Source: a virus
DNA length: 45,402 nucleotides
IMG/VR virus record: IMGVR_UViG_3300039454_000092
Reading direction: 5' to 3' (one strand)
Position numbers and translations under genes: made by a program. The notes under the pieces were generated by a model, which worked only from the letters and a program-made list of their open reading frames with translations, ran no database searches and was not told where the DNA came from. This document shows, one piece after another, positions 17,620-25,124 of the stretch (within the stretch, counting starts at the first letter, position 1; the number at the start of each line of letters is the position of its first letter).

Positions 17620-18273
17620 CTAGATCGGAACGACCGTGTAGACGACGGTGACGCGGACCGAGCCGTCCCCGCTGGTATAGGCTTGCTGCGAACTCAGCAA
17701 TTGCCACACCACCGGCAAGTTGGCGATCGACGCCGTCGTTGTCAGCAGCGGCGTTCCGTTCGCAGCGACCGGGTTGGAGTCGAGCGTGATGTTTGGCGTC
17801 GTGCGTGTCCCGATCCCACCGTCCCCGCCATCGGCCGCCAGGCCAGCATTGGTGCCGTAGAACAGGGACCCGCCCGTAGGACTGCCGCCGGGGTTATAGA
17901 GGACGGTGTAGGACAGCAGTTCATAGTTGGCGAAGAAGACGATAATCGCCCGCCCGCTTCCTGGTGCCGGAATGATGGTGACCGGCTTGGTGCTCAGCGT
18001 GAGGATTTGCGCGGAGGGTACCGTCACGGTCGCGACCTGAACCGCGACGGTGCCGAGCGGTTGCCAGATGCCGGCCGATGCCGAGTATTGCTCGCAATAG
18101 CCGACGGATGAGTTGTACCCGACGGTCCCGTCGGGCGGAGTCGTCGGACGGCCCGAGGTGGTCCAGCCTGGCACGGTGATGCCGTTGCACGTGCCCGAGG
18201 TTTGCGCCCGGGCTCCGCAGCCCAGCAACAGCAGCAGCGCCGCCCCAAGGGCGAGCCGAATAACGTGATTCAT
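17620..18273 (-). CDS. Secreted or lipoprotein fibre-like protein (paralogue 2)
   Basis: The 217-aa product starts MNHVIRLALGAALLLLLGCGARA|QT. This contains an LLGC lipobox as well as an AxA site. The shared module is CNGITVPGWTTSGRPTTPPDGTVGYNSSVGYCEQY. Confidence 0.7.
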   Translation of the reverse strand: MNHVIRLALGAALLLLLGCGARAQTSGTCNGITVPGWTTSGRPTTPPDGTVGYNSSVGYCEQYSASAGIWQPLGTVAVQVATVTVPSAQILTLSTKPVTIIPAPGSGRAIIVFFANYELLSYTVLYNPGGSPTGGSLFYGTNAGLAADGGDGGIGTRTTPNITLDSNPVAANGTPLLTTTASIANLPVVWQLLSSQQAYTSGDGSVRVTVVYTVVPI

Positions 18274-18282
18274 TCGATGCCC

Positions 18283-18918
18283 TCAGTTCAGCGGGACGGT
18301 GTTGTAGACGACGGTGATTCGGAGGCCGCCGTCACCGCCGGTGAGCCCGCCGTTCGAGGTGTAAACGACGGCCTGATTTGACAGGTAACCCGTCGCGCCG
18401 CCGACTGGACCCGATGCCGTGAAGGACGCGTTCGAGCCGAGCACGAAGATGTTCGGCGGGTTCTGTGCGAGAACGCCGCCGTCGCCGCCGTCGGCGACGA
18501 CGGCGATACCGCCCCCAAAGTTCACCGATCCATAGTACAGACCGCCGCCGTCGGTGTAGGGCGTAGTGCCGAACAGCGCTTCATAGATTGCGAACAGAAC
18601 GATGATCGCGCGCCCGGTTCCCGGCGCGGGGACGATCGTCACTGGCGTGGCGTTTGCGGCCAGGATTTGCGCCTTGGTCAAGGTGACGATGGCGATTTGC
18701 GCGGCGACGGTACCGAGCGGCAGCCAAATACCCAGCCCCGCCGAGTATTGCTCGCAATAGCCAACCGTGCTGTTGAAACCGACGGTGCTATCGGGCGGGG
18801 TTGTCGGGCGCGCGGAGGTGGTCCAGCTCGGGACCGACACGCCGTTGCAGGATTGCGCCCATCCCGCGCGCGGCAGCGAGGCCGCCAGCAACGCGAGGAA
18901 CGCGATAATCCGCAGCAT
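18283..18918 (-). CDS. Secreted fibre-like protein (paralogue 3)
   Basis: The internal ATG at 18918 overlaps the upstream stop (TGATG). The signal peptide is MLRIIAFLALLAASLPRAGWA|QS. The shared module is CNGVSVPSWTTSARPTTPPDSTVGFNSTVGYCEQY. By eye it is about half identical to paralogue 2 along its length. The longest ORF, to 19104, overlaps the upstream gene. Confidence 0.65.
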   Translation of the reverse strand: MLRIIAFLALLAASLPRAGWAQSCNGVSVPSWTTSARPTTPPDSTVGFNSTVGYCEQYSAGLGIWLPLGTVAAQIAIVTLTKAQILAANATPVTIVPAPGTGRAIIVLFAIYEALFGTTPYTDGGGLYYGSVNFGGGIAVVADGGDGGVLAQNPPNIFVLGSNASFTASGPVGGATGYLSNQAVVYTSNGGLTGGDGGLRITVVYNTVPLN

Positions 18919-19328
18919 CAGCACCACACCCGATGCGCGCCGATCGTGGCCCACACCGGCCCCGTCGCAACCACGCACTGCACCTGGAAAAACGCTGGCG
19001 CATAGTCCTGGGCTTTGGCGTTCGCCGCCGCCGCGATCGCCGGCCCAACTTCGATCAGGGTCAACCCCGTGGCCGAAATCGCCGCGGACGCGAGGATGCT
19101 CCACGTCGCACCACTCGAATTGTCATAGCCGAGCAGGGTGACGGTGAGAGATCCCGCGGTGATCGCACTGACGTTGATCGCGATCCGCAGTGCAGGCGAC
19201 GGATTGTAGAACGGGCCGAAGGTGACGTTCGCGGACTGGTTCGTCAGTGTGGCCAGCAGCTCGTCGGTGTTGTTGACAACCGACGTGACCTTTTCGACGG
19301 TCGCGAGGTCGGAGGTGGGAACAGTCAT
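18918..19328 (-). CDS. Hypothetical virion-module protein
   Basis: The 136-aa product shows coding-like third-position GC. It is coupled to the downstream gene. Confidence 0.55.
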   Translation of the reverse strand: MTVPTSDLATVEKVTSVVNNTDELLATLTNQSANVTFGPFYNPSPALRIAINVSAITAGSLTVTLLGYDNSSGATWSILASAAISATGLTLIEVGPAIAAAANAKAQDYAPAFFQVQCVVATGPVWATIGAHRVWC

Positions 19329-19405
19329 GCGCGCGCCCTCAATCCGGAGCGGCTTGCGCCGCCCCGGTTAAGCTTCAGGATGATCCAGTGTTACGGGTTC
19401 AGAAC

Positions 19406-20044
19406 CTAGTTCCCCGACAACGACTCCTCACTCCACGTGAACCGGATTTCGAACGCAATGCCCGACGGTAGCGCGGTGCCAAGCCCGTTCAGCGCGAACT
19501 GCTGGTTCGCGTTGCGCAGGATCGGTGCCTTGTCGTTCATGCCGGTGAACGTCCAAACCAACGGCGCGATGCCCGAGCCGCCACCGGTCAGGGTGCCGCC
19601 GACGACACGGCCGGCGCGGATCGTGCCGACCAAAGTCCCCGCCGTCGGCGCCGCACTGTACTTCAGGACCGAGCAGCTTGCCGCCACGTCGTTCGGATCG
19701 CAGGGAACCGCGGTCACCGCCGCCGAGGTGCCGCCGGTGTCCGGGGCACTGTTGACGTTCAGCGCCAGTTCGTACGCGCACGCCGCGGTCGCAGCGCACC
19801 AGACTTCCACCGCGAGCAGTCGGCACACCACGAGCGATGAACCGGTGAGGGTGAAAAAGTCCTGCGGTGTGGCCTGTGGCGTGAACGCGGTCACCGCCGC
19901 CGAATAGGTCGGCTTGCGGCCTTCCGAGTTTGACAACTCCTGGCCGTACTGGTTGACCGCGAGTCCCTGGCCGCTGTTGAGGAACGCGTCAACCTGCTTG
20001 AAGAGGCCAGCAACAGCGACCTGTTGCGCAACCGGTAATGCCAT
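19406..20044 (-). CDS. Hypothetical virion-module protein
   Basis: The 212-aa product has a 1-nt overlap with the upstream stop. Its composition is beta-rich. Confidence 0.55.
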   Translation of the reverse strand: MALPVAQQVAVAGLFKQVDAFLNSGQGLAVNQYGQELSNSEGRKPTYSAAVTAFTPQATPQDFFTLTGSSLVVCRLLAVEVWCAATAACAYELALNVNSAPDTGGTSAAVTAVPCDPNDVAASCSVLKYSAAPTAGTLVGTIRAGRVVGGTLTGGGSGIAPLVWTFTGMNDKAPILRNANQQFALNGLGTALPSGIAFEIRFTWSEESLSGN

Positions 20045-20565
20045 CAGACCGCCCTCCCTTTACCGGCATGCGAAGGCGCGGACGCCAGCGCTGCCGCCAT
20101 CACGCGCAACGCGTCCTGCAACGCCACCTGGCCTTGCACGAGCGCATCCAACTGCGCCGCCTGTGCGCCGCCCGCGCGCGCCGCATCGGCACGCTCGCGG
20201 GCCACGCTGGCCTCGCGATCCATGGCTTCCAACAGCCCGGAAACCAGCTGTTCGACGGTCCGCCCGCCAATCGGGTCCCGGCCCAGCGGCAAGTGCCGGG
20301 TCGGGTCCAGCGAGGCATTCGGGTGCGCTTCCCAGTAGGCAGCCATGGCCGCGCGCGCCTCATCGTTCAGCGGTTCGAGGTGCGGGCCCGGGACGCCCAG
20401 GTATTCGATCTCAGCGCCAGCGGAGAGCAGTTCGCACACCGGTGCGCGAATGCCGTAGATGCGCGCCGCCTGGTGATCGGCGCCGAGCTGGAGTAGTTGC
20501 GGTTCCGGCGATCGGGGCAAGTACGCACCCTTCTCGTCGATCACGCGGTAGCGTGGTGTTGCCAT
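20044..20565 (-). CDS. Hypothetical virion-module protein
   Basis: The product is 173 aa. The gene lies between the decoration-like gene and the 212-aa gene. Confidence 0.55.
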   Translation of the reverse strand: MATPRYRVIDEKGAYLPRSPEPQLLQLGADHQAARIYGIRAPVCELLSAGAEIEYLGVPGPHLEPLNDEARAAMAAYWEAHPNASLDPTRHLPLGRDPIGGRTVEQLVSGLLEAMDREASVARERADAARAGGAQAAQLDALVQGQVALQDALRVMAAALASAPSHAGKGRAV

Positions 20566-20577
20566 CTCGCAAACTTT

Positions 20578-20610
20578 CGACGGCCGCGCATCGATGCTGC
20601 CCGGCCGTCG
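20578..20610 (-). terminator. Intergenic stem-loop after the decoration-like gene
   Basis: CGACGGCCG (20578-20586) pairs with CGGCCGTCG (20602-20610) as a perfect 9-bp stem with a 15-nt loop. On the minus strand it is followed by AAAGTTTG. Confidence 0.35.
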
Positions 20611-20646
20611 CCTTTCTTCAGATCAGGTTTTGAGGGGTGACTCCGC

Positions 20647-21336
20647 TTACGCGCCCGACGGCCACGAGAAGCCAGGCGGATAGAGCGCCGGCTGGTCCTC
20701 ATCGAGCACCAGGCCAGCCCAGATCGAGCCCGCGGTCATGGTGGCCGAGCACGTGTACGACAGCCGCAAGAAACGCGGTTTCGGCTGGGGTGCACTGAAC
20801 GCCGTCGTGACCGAGGTCGCGGTGCCCGACGCGTTGGCCGAGAGGGTCAACGTCACACCGGAGATCGTCGAGATCGTGGTGCCCGGGACGATGTTCGGGT
20901 TGCCGTAGATCACCATGCCATCGAGCAGACCGGTTGCCGACGCCACCGTAGCCGAGTTGGACGCAGCGGTGGTCGTCAGGGTGGTAATCACCGGGGTGAG
21001 CGGGAACTCCGAGACCGACGCGAGTTCGACCTTCAGCGGCCGCTGCCCTGCCGTCAGCATGCCGAGCGGCAGTGCCGAGGTGGCTTGCAAGGTCTGATAG
21101 CCGCCCGGAGATCCCGAGCCGTTGTCCGGTGCGCCCTGGACCGCGATGGTGAGGGTTGCGGTTGCGGTTGCGCTGGCGAACGTGGTGATGACGCCGACGA
21201 CGATCGACGGGGCGATATAGCCCGCGCCGCCGAGGTCGCGACCTGCCACGAGGTCCAGCACGTTGGACGATGTTGCGGTCACGGTGATAGCCGTGCCCGT
21301 GATCGGCTCGAATAGGAGCTGACCGTCGATTATCAT
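20647..21336 (-). CDS. Capsid decoration / cement-like protein (Bbp16-like, tentative)
   Basis: The 229-aa product lies immediately downstream of the major capsid gene. It has a Thr/Ala-rich beta composition. The N-terminus MIIDGQLLFEPITGTAITVTATSSNVLDL and the C-terminal RFLRLSYTCSATMTAGSIWAGLVLD resemble decoration proteins of BPP-1-like podoviruses. This is recall only and has not been searched. Confidence 0.45.
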   Translation of the reverse strand: MIIDGQLLFEPITGTAITVTATSSNVLDLVAGRDLGGAGYIAPSIVVGVITTFASATATATLTIAVQGAPDNGSGSPGGYQTLQATSALPLGMLTAGQRPLKVELASVSEFPLTPVITTLTTTAASNSATVASATGLLDGMVIYGNPNIVPGTTISTISGVTLTLSANASGTATSVTTAFSAPQPKPRFLRLSYTCSATMTAGSIWAGLVLDEDQPALYPPGFSWPSGA

Positions 21337-21353
21337 ATGTCAATTTCTCCGAA

Positions 21354-21383
21354 TGTCTGACGAGTCAGACAGGATGTCGGACA
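21354..21383. promoter_or_regulatory. TGTCNGAC motif triplet between the capsid and decoration genes
   Basis: TGTCTGAC-GA-GTCAGACA forms 8-bp perfect inverted arms at 21354-21371, and TGTCGGAC follows at 21375-21382. The same 8-mer family is clustered at 43588-43892. Confidence 0.5.
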
Positions 21384-21397
21384 GGAGCGCGTGTTGA

Positions 21398-21426
21398 TTT
21401 TTCCGACCTCGAATGAGGCGGAAAAA
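21398..21426 (-). terminator. Stem-loop directly after the major capsid gene stop
   Basis: TTTTTCCGACCTC-gaat-GAGGCGGAAAAA forms a stem of about 13 bp with one bulge. Its position is typical of the hairpin that boosts capsid mRNA abundance. No U-tract follows the stem. Confidence 0.4.
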
Positions 21427-21431
21427 ACGCG

Positions 21432-22478
21432 CTACGAGACGGTCGCTTCCGTGCTGAGCAGCTGGTCGACGGTGCGGATCGGCACGCCGCAGTAATTCAT
21501 GACCGGCTTGCCGTCCCAGTTCTCCATGTTCAGGAGCAGGTTCGGCTTGTTGTGCATCTGTATCCGCAGCCACGTCCGGATGACGCGGTTTGCATACAGC
21601 ACGCTCCGATCACCGCTCGCGACCCGACCCGAGGCATCGGTCACCGCCTGCGTAGACGCCGCACGCGCCATCAGCCGTGGCGGACGCTCCAACATGCGGT
21701 CCAGCGCGTTGATCAAGTTCGGGGCGTTGACACCGGCAAGCGTTGTGACGTCGATGTTCGCGGCCCGCACCTGGAAACGCCAGTCAGCAACGAACAGCCC
21801 GGCTTCCCATTTGAAGTGCGAGCGATACGCCTGATAGGTGTTGTTGTTGCTGTCGAGAACCGGCCATTCGCCCATGTCGATGTGCTGAAGCCCGGCCTTC
21901 CTGCCCTTGGGGAAAATCCCGTGACAGGTATCGTCGGACCAGGACACCAGCCAGAGCGAGGTGTTTGTGCTCGCACTGCCGCCCATCGAGATCACGTTGT
22001 TCGCGGTCTGCGCATTGCTCACCGTCGCGGTGGCATAGTACGGCGACAGGCCGGTGAACGTCGCAGGCGAGGTCGGCGCGTAGCCGTAGAACAGCTGCCC
22101 GGCCATGTACTGCGACATGCCTTCGAAGAAGCCACGGTCCTGATTAAGCCGGTACGCCGCGGTGTTGCCGTTGAGGTCCGCGAGGTCCTTGTCGATCACG
22201 CTGTAGGCTTCGAAGTTGCCGCACGTCGCGACGATCGGCGCAGCGGTCGCCTTGGCGTTCGGCACGCCGACGTTGATCGGTCGCGCGGTGGGCGTCGGCA
22301 GCGAGGTGCGCACCGTGCCCTTGTGCCCGGTGACGAGGTTGCCCTCGATCCAAAGCATGTCGTCGAGGATTTCGTTTGCCTGCGACAGCAGATCGATAAT
22401 GACCGCCGTCTTGCCGTCCGGGTCCTGCTCGCGGGCCCAATCCGCAAGCGTGGTTGCCGTTGTACCGAGGGTTGCCAT
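21432..22478 (-). CDS. Major capsid protein
   Basis: The 348-aa product follows the scaffold gene. Its N-terminus, ATLGTTATTLADWAREQDPDGKTAVIIDLLSQANEILDDMLWIEGNLVTGHKGTVRTSLP, resembles the conserved opening of BPP-1-type podovirus coat proteins. Confidence 0.8.
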   Translation of the reverse strand: MATLGTTATTLADWAREQDPDGKTAVIIDLLSQANEILDDMLWIEGNLVTGHKGTVRTSLPTPTARPINVGVPNAKATAAPIVATCGNFEAYSVIDKDLADLNGNTAAYRLNQDRGFFEGMSQYMAGQLFYGYAPTSPATFTGLSPYYATATVSNAQTANNVISMGGSASTNTSLWLVSWSDDTCHGIFPKGRKAGLQHIDMGEWPVLDSNNNTYQAYRSHFKWEAGLFVADWRFQVRAANIDVTTLAGVNAPNLINALDRMLERPPRLMARAASTQAVTDASGRVASGDRSVLYANRVIRTWLRIQMHNKPNLLLNMENWDGKPVMNYCGVPIRTVDQLLSTEATVS

Positions 22479-22487
22479 TCACGTGTC

Positions 22488-23246
22488 CTATCGGGCGCCG
22501 GGCGCCTGATTGTGCGTTGGGTAAAGGAGGTCCGCCGGATTGGTTTGCTGGCGTGCCGGAGCGCCGGCCACGTGGCCGCCTTCCGTGTGTGCCGCAGCAA
22601 GCCGCGCGATGAACCGCACGATGGCAGGGTTATTCCCAGCGCCGGTGAGAAGGAGAGCCTGGTTCAGGGCCTTTCTCTCGGGCGTGTTAGGTGCACCTGC
22701 GTAGTCATCCATGAGCCGCGCGACGTTGAGGCGCATCGGCTCGAAGTGATCGCCGCCGATCTCAGGATCGGCCTTGATTTCCGCTTGCCAACCTTCGTTG
22801 GTTTTGACCCAGGCTTGCGCGGCTGCGTTGGCAGCCTCGGCGATCTGTCCGCCGACTTTGCCGATGATCGCTTGCGCTTGGTCCTGTGTGAGACCGAGCT
22901 TGCCCGCTTCCTCGCAGAAAGCGGCGAGCGTGGCATTGTCTTTCGCCAGCCCCTCGGGCAGCTCGAAATCGGTGTATTCGACCGGCGCTGCCGGTTCTTT
23001 CGGGGCATCTCCTTTCGGGGCATCGCCTTTCGGAGTATCCCCTTTGGTCGCGTCGCCTTCCGGCTGGGCGGGGGCGTCGGTTAAAACCGAGGCCGTGACG
23101 ACGGTATCAGTGCCCGTGTCAGCCGGCGCGCCGCCCGCCGGCTTTTCACCAGCCGGAGCAGCAGCAGGGGCAGCAGGAGCCGGCGCAGCGGGCGCAGCAG
23201 CAGGGGCACCGGCCGCAGGAGCGGCCGGCGTGATCGTTTCACTCAT
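22488..23246 (-). CDS. Scaffolding protein
   Basis: The 252-aa product lies between the portal region and the capsid gene. It has an Ala/Pro-rich acidic N-terminus with KGD(T/A)P repeats and a helical C-terminus. Confidence 0.6.
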   Translation of the reverse strand: MSETITPAAPAAGAPAAAPAAPAPAAPAAAPAGEKPAGGAPADTGTDTVVTASVLTDAPAQPEGDATKGDTPKGDAPKGDAPKEPAAPVEYTDFELPEGLAKDNATLAAFCEEAGKLGLTQDQAQAIIGKVGGQIAEAANAAAQAWVKTNEGWQAEIKADPEIGGDHFEPMRLNVARLMDDYAGAPNTPERKALNQALLLTGAGNNPAIVRFIARLAAAHTEGGHVAGAPARQQTNPADLLYPTHNQAPGAR

Positions 23247-23288
23247 AAAGGTCCCTTAAATTACGAACTCAAACCGACTGGGGGAAAC

Positions 23289-23486
23289 ATGGCGATAGGT
23301 CCGGGCAAATATGACGACCTCGCAACCTACGTGCGGGAACATGCATGCGCCGAAGCCGTGGTGATTGCCGTGTTCAATGGTTACAGAGGGTCCGGATTTA
23401 GCGTGCAGAGGCCGCTTGGCGCCGTTTTGTCGGTTCCGAGACTTCTGCGGACGCTTGCCGATCTCATCGAGCTTGACGGAGGGTAG
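23289..23486 (+). CDS. Opposite-strand small hypothetical protein (moron-like island)
   Basis: The 65-aa product has the RBS GGGGGAAAC directly before its ATG. Third-position GC is visibly lower than in the flanking late genes. Confidence 0.5.
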   Translation: MAIGPGKYDDLATYVREHACAEAVVIAVFNGYRGSGFSVQRPLGAVLSVPRLLRTLADLIELDGG

Positions 23487-23501
23487 GCTACCGCGCCGGT
23501 A

Positions 23502-23756
23502 TCAGTTCACGGTCGCATCACGTGGCCGGCGGTAGCCCGACGCGTTGTGCTCCGCGAGCGATCGGCCGGCTTCAACCCACGCCAGCGCGTTCTGTTGCTG
23601 CGATCCGGGAGGCAGTGCGGCCGGGAAATAGGCCGCGATGTAGCCGCACGCCATCAGCGCAACGCCATCGTCGACGCCATGCGACTTGCACAGATCGCGG
23701 ATTGCATCGACCAAATCGACGCACTGATAGAGCGCATCACCGGGCAGTGCCCTCAT
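23502..23756 (-). CDS. Hypothetical protein
   Basis: The 84-aa product has an ATG start and a coding-like composition. Confidence 0.5.
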   Translation of the reverse strand: MRALPGDALYQCVDLVDAIRDLCKSHGVDDGVALMACGYIAAYFPAALPPGSQQQNALAWVEAGRSLAEHNASGYRRPRDATVN

Positions 23757-24144
23757 GCGTATGTTCCTTCAGCATGGCCAGGTAGGCTTCGGGCGCGCAG
23801 CCCAGGATGTCGGCGATCAGGGATTGCGCGATCTCGCGATGCGCGGCGTTCCGTGCGAGCTGCAGCGGATCGATCGGCACCGTCGGAAAGTCATTCGCGC
23901 GGAACGCGCCGCACGTGACCAGGAGCCGGTACATCCACGCGCGCACCTGCGGTTGCTCCATCATGGCCGCGAGCGTTGCTGCCATCTGGCGCGCATCGAT
24001 GCGCGCGGCGCGTTGCGCCGCCTTGATCTGCTTTGGGTCCGAGGCATCGACCGGCGCCGGCTTCGGCTTATCGAGCGCGGGCAAGCCATGCATCGCCCGC
24101 GCGTCGTTCAGCCAATCCGGGGCAGTGACCTCCGAGTCCGTCAC
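23737..24144 (-). CDS. Hypothetical protein
   Basis: The 135-aa product has an ATGA overlap with the upstream gene. Confidence 0.55.
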   Translation of the reverse strand: MTDSEVTAPDWLNDARAMHGLPALDKPKPAPVDASDPKQIKAAQRAARIDARQMAATLAAMMEQPQVRAWMYRLLVTCGAFRANDFPTVPIDPLQLARNAAHREIAQSLIADILGCAPEAYLAMLKEHTHEGTAR

Positions 24145-24347
24145 GGCGTGACGAAATGGAACGGCCTGACGTGGAACGGATCGCCACCGTCAACGCCATC
24201 GGTCTGTAGCGTGACGTGCACCGGTCCCGCGTGGTGCAGCTTGTTCAGCGCATCGATGAGCGAGGATGCCAGTTCGGCCGGGAGGCCGAGGTTGCCGACG
24301 TGGCCGATCGCGTGGAACCGGTCCAACGCGTGAAAGTCTGCCGTCAT
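24141..24347 (-). CDS. Hypothetical protein
   Basis: The product is 68 aa. GGAG lies 11 nt upstream of the ATG. Confidence 0.5.
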   Translation of the reverse strand: MTADFHALDRFHAIGHVGNLGLPAELASSLIDALNKLHHAGPVHVTLQTDGVDGGDPFHVRPFHFVTP

Positions 24348-24363
24348 AGTTGATGATACTCCG

Positions 24364-24543
24364 TTACGGTAATTCAGTGGCTCGAATTGCCCCGCCCAGC
24401 GCCGCGAGGTGGTTGCGCATCATTTCGTCGATCGCCTCTTGTGCCTCGCCTTGCGTTGGGTACTTCAGCCCCTCGGATGACGATGCCGGCCGCCATCCAC
24501 GTGGCGTGTAGCGCCAGCCCTGCCGTTCGATGACCCATGCCAT
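24364..24543 (-). CDS. Hypothetical protein (59 aa, below the ORF-track cutoff)
   Basis: Hand translation gives MAWVIERQGWRYTPRGWRPASSSEGLKYPTQGEAQEAIDEMMRNHLAALGGAIRATELP, ending in TAA at 24364-24366. Confidence 0.45.
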   Translation of the reverse strand: MAWVIERQGWRYTPRGWRPASSSEGLKYPTQGEAQEAIDEMMRNHLAALGGAIRATELP

Positions 24544-24569
24544 GGAGAGGTCCCTTGCCGCGCTATCCG

Positions 24570-24764
24570 ATGTTCGATGACATCTATCCCGACGATGAGT
24601 CCGAGGCGGTCGGGTTTGATCGGGAGTCCGACGAATGGTTCCTAAAGAACGTGTGCGGCTTCACGCGCGAGGGCGGGTGCCTCCTGGCCGGCCGGGAGGA
24701 ATGCGAGGTCGTGTGTCCCCGGCGGGTCCGCCTCTTGGTTGCGCCATCGCCCAAGCGTCAATGA
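24570..24764 (+). CDS. Opposite-strand small Cys-rich acidic protein
   Basis: The product is MFDDIYPDDESEAVGFDRESDEWFLKNVCGFTREGGCLLAGREECEVVCPRR..., with high third-position GC. The longest ORF starts at 24537 but would overlap the divergent gene. Confidence 0.4.
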   Translation: MFDDIYPDDESEAVGFDRESDEWFLKNVCGFTREGGCLLAGREECEVVCPRRVRLLVAPSPKRQ

Positions 24765-24840
24765 CGCATCGATGGCGCACCGCCGCCACCGTGGAGCGTG
24801 CGTCATTGCGCGTTCGTCAATGGCGCACCAATGACGCAAC
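24757..24840. repeat. Cluster of two 10-mers in shuffled direct and inverted copies
   Basis: CAATGACGCA occurs at 24759-24768 and 24829-24838, with its inverted copy TGCGTCATTG at 24799-24808. ATGGCGCACC occurs at 24772-24781 and 24820-24829. Confidence 0.7.
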
Positions 24841-24971
24841 GCAGGGGCCTCGCCGCTTCGCCGATTGACGTGTAAAAGGGCGCCGTGACCGTCTGGCCCG
24901 TCCTTGTGCACCCAGGTGGCGGGCAGCCGTCGCGGCTTTGCACATGGTCGCGACGGTGGTCACGGGTGCGA

Positions 24972-25124
24972 TCACCACCAGTGCTCGAGCTCGCAAATCA
25001 GCCCCATCGCGACCAGGCCGAACACCGCCAGCCCCGCCGCGATGAAACAGGCAATCGCAAATTCCAGCAGCCGCTTTTGCCGCTCGTGAAAATCCGGGTC
25101 CGGTCCTGGCCCGTCCTCGCTCAT
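24972..25124 (-). CDS. Small membrane protein (50 aa, below the ORF-track cutoff)
   Basis: An ATGA overlap joins it to the portal stop. Hand translation gives MSEDGPGPDPDFHERQKRLLEFAIACFIAAGLAVFGLVAMGLICELEHWW. Confidence 0.5.
   Translation of the reverse strand: MSEDGPGPDPDFHERQKRLLEFAIACFIAAGLAVFGLVAMGLICELEHWW

Noticed and set aside
17620-18918. Paralogues 2 and 3 as a DGR template/variable repeat pair, given the BPP-1-like capsid genes
   Set aside because: No reverse transcriptase ORF (no YxDD-type motif) exists anywhere in the window. The two genes differ throughout their length rather than in a short adenine-specific patch.
21552-23084. A 510-aa plus-strand ORF across the capsid and scaffold genes
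   Set aside because: It is antisense to two genes with clear capsid and scaffold character. Its product is Arg-rich low-complexity sequence, so it is a GC-driven shadow ORF. The same reasoning applies to 3252-4256, 5439-6470 and 15345-16148.
24642-24911. An 89-aa minus-strand ORF across the 10-mer repeat cluster
   Set aside because: It has a His/Arg-rich odd composition, lacks an RBS and overlaps the better-supported plus-strand ORF. The region is more likely non-coding.
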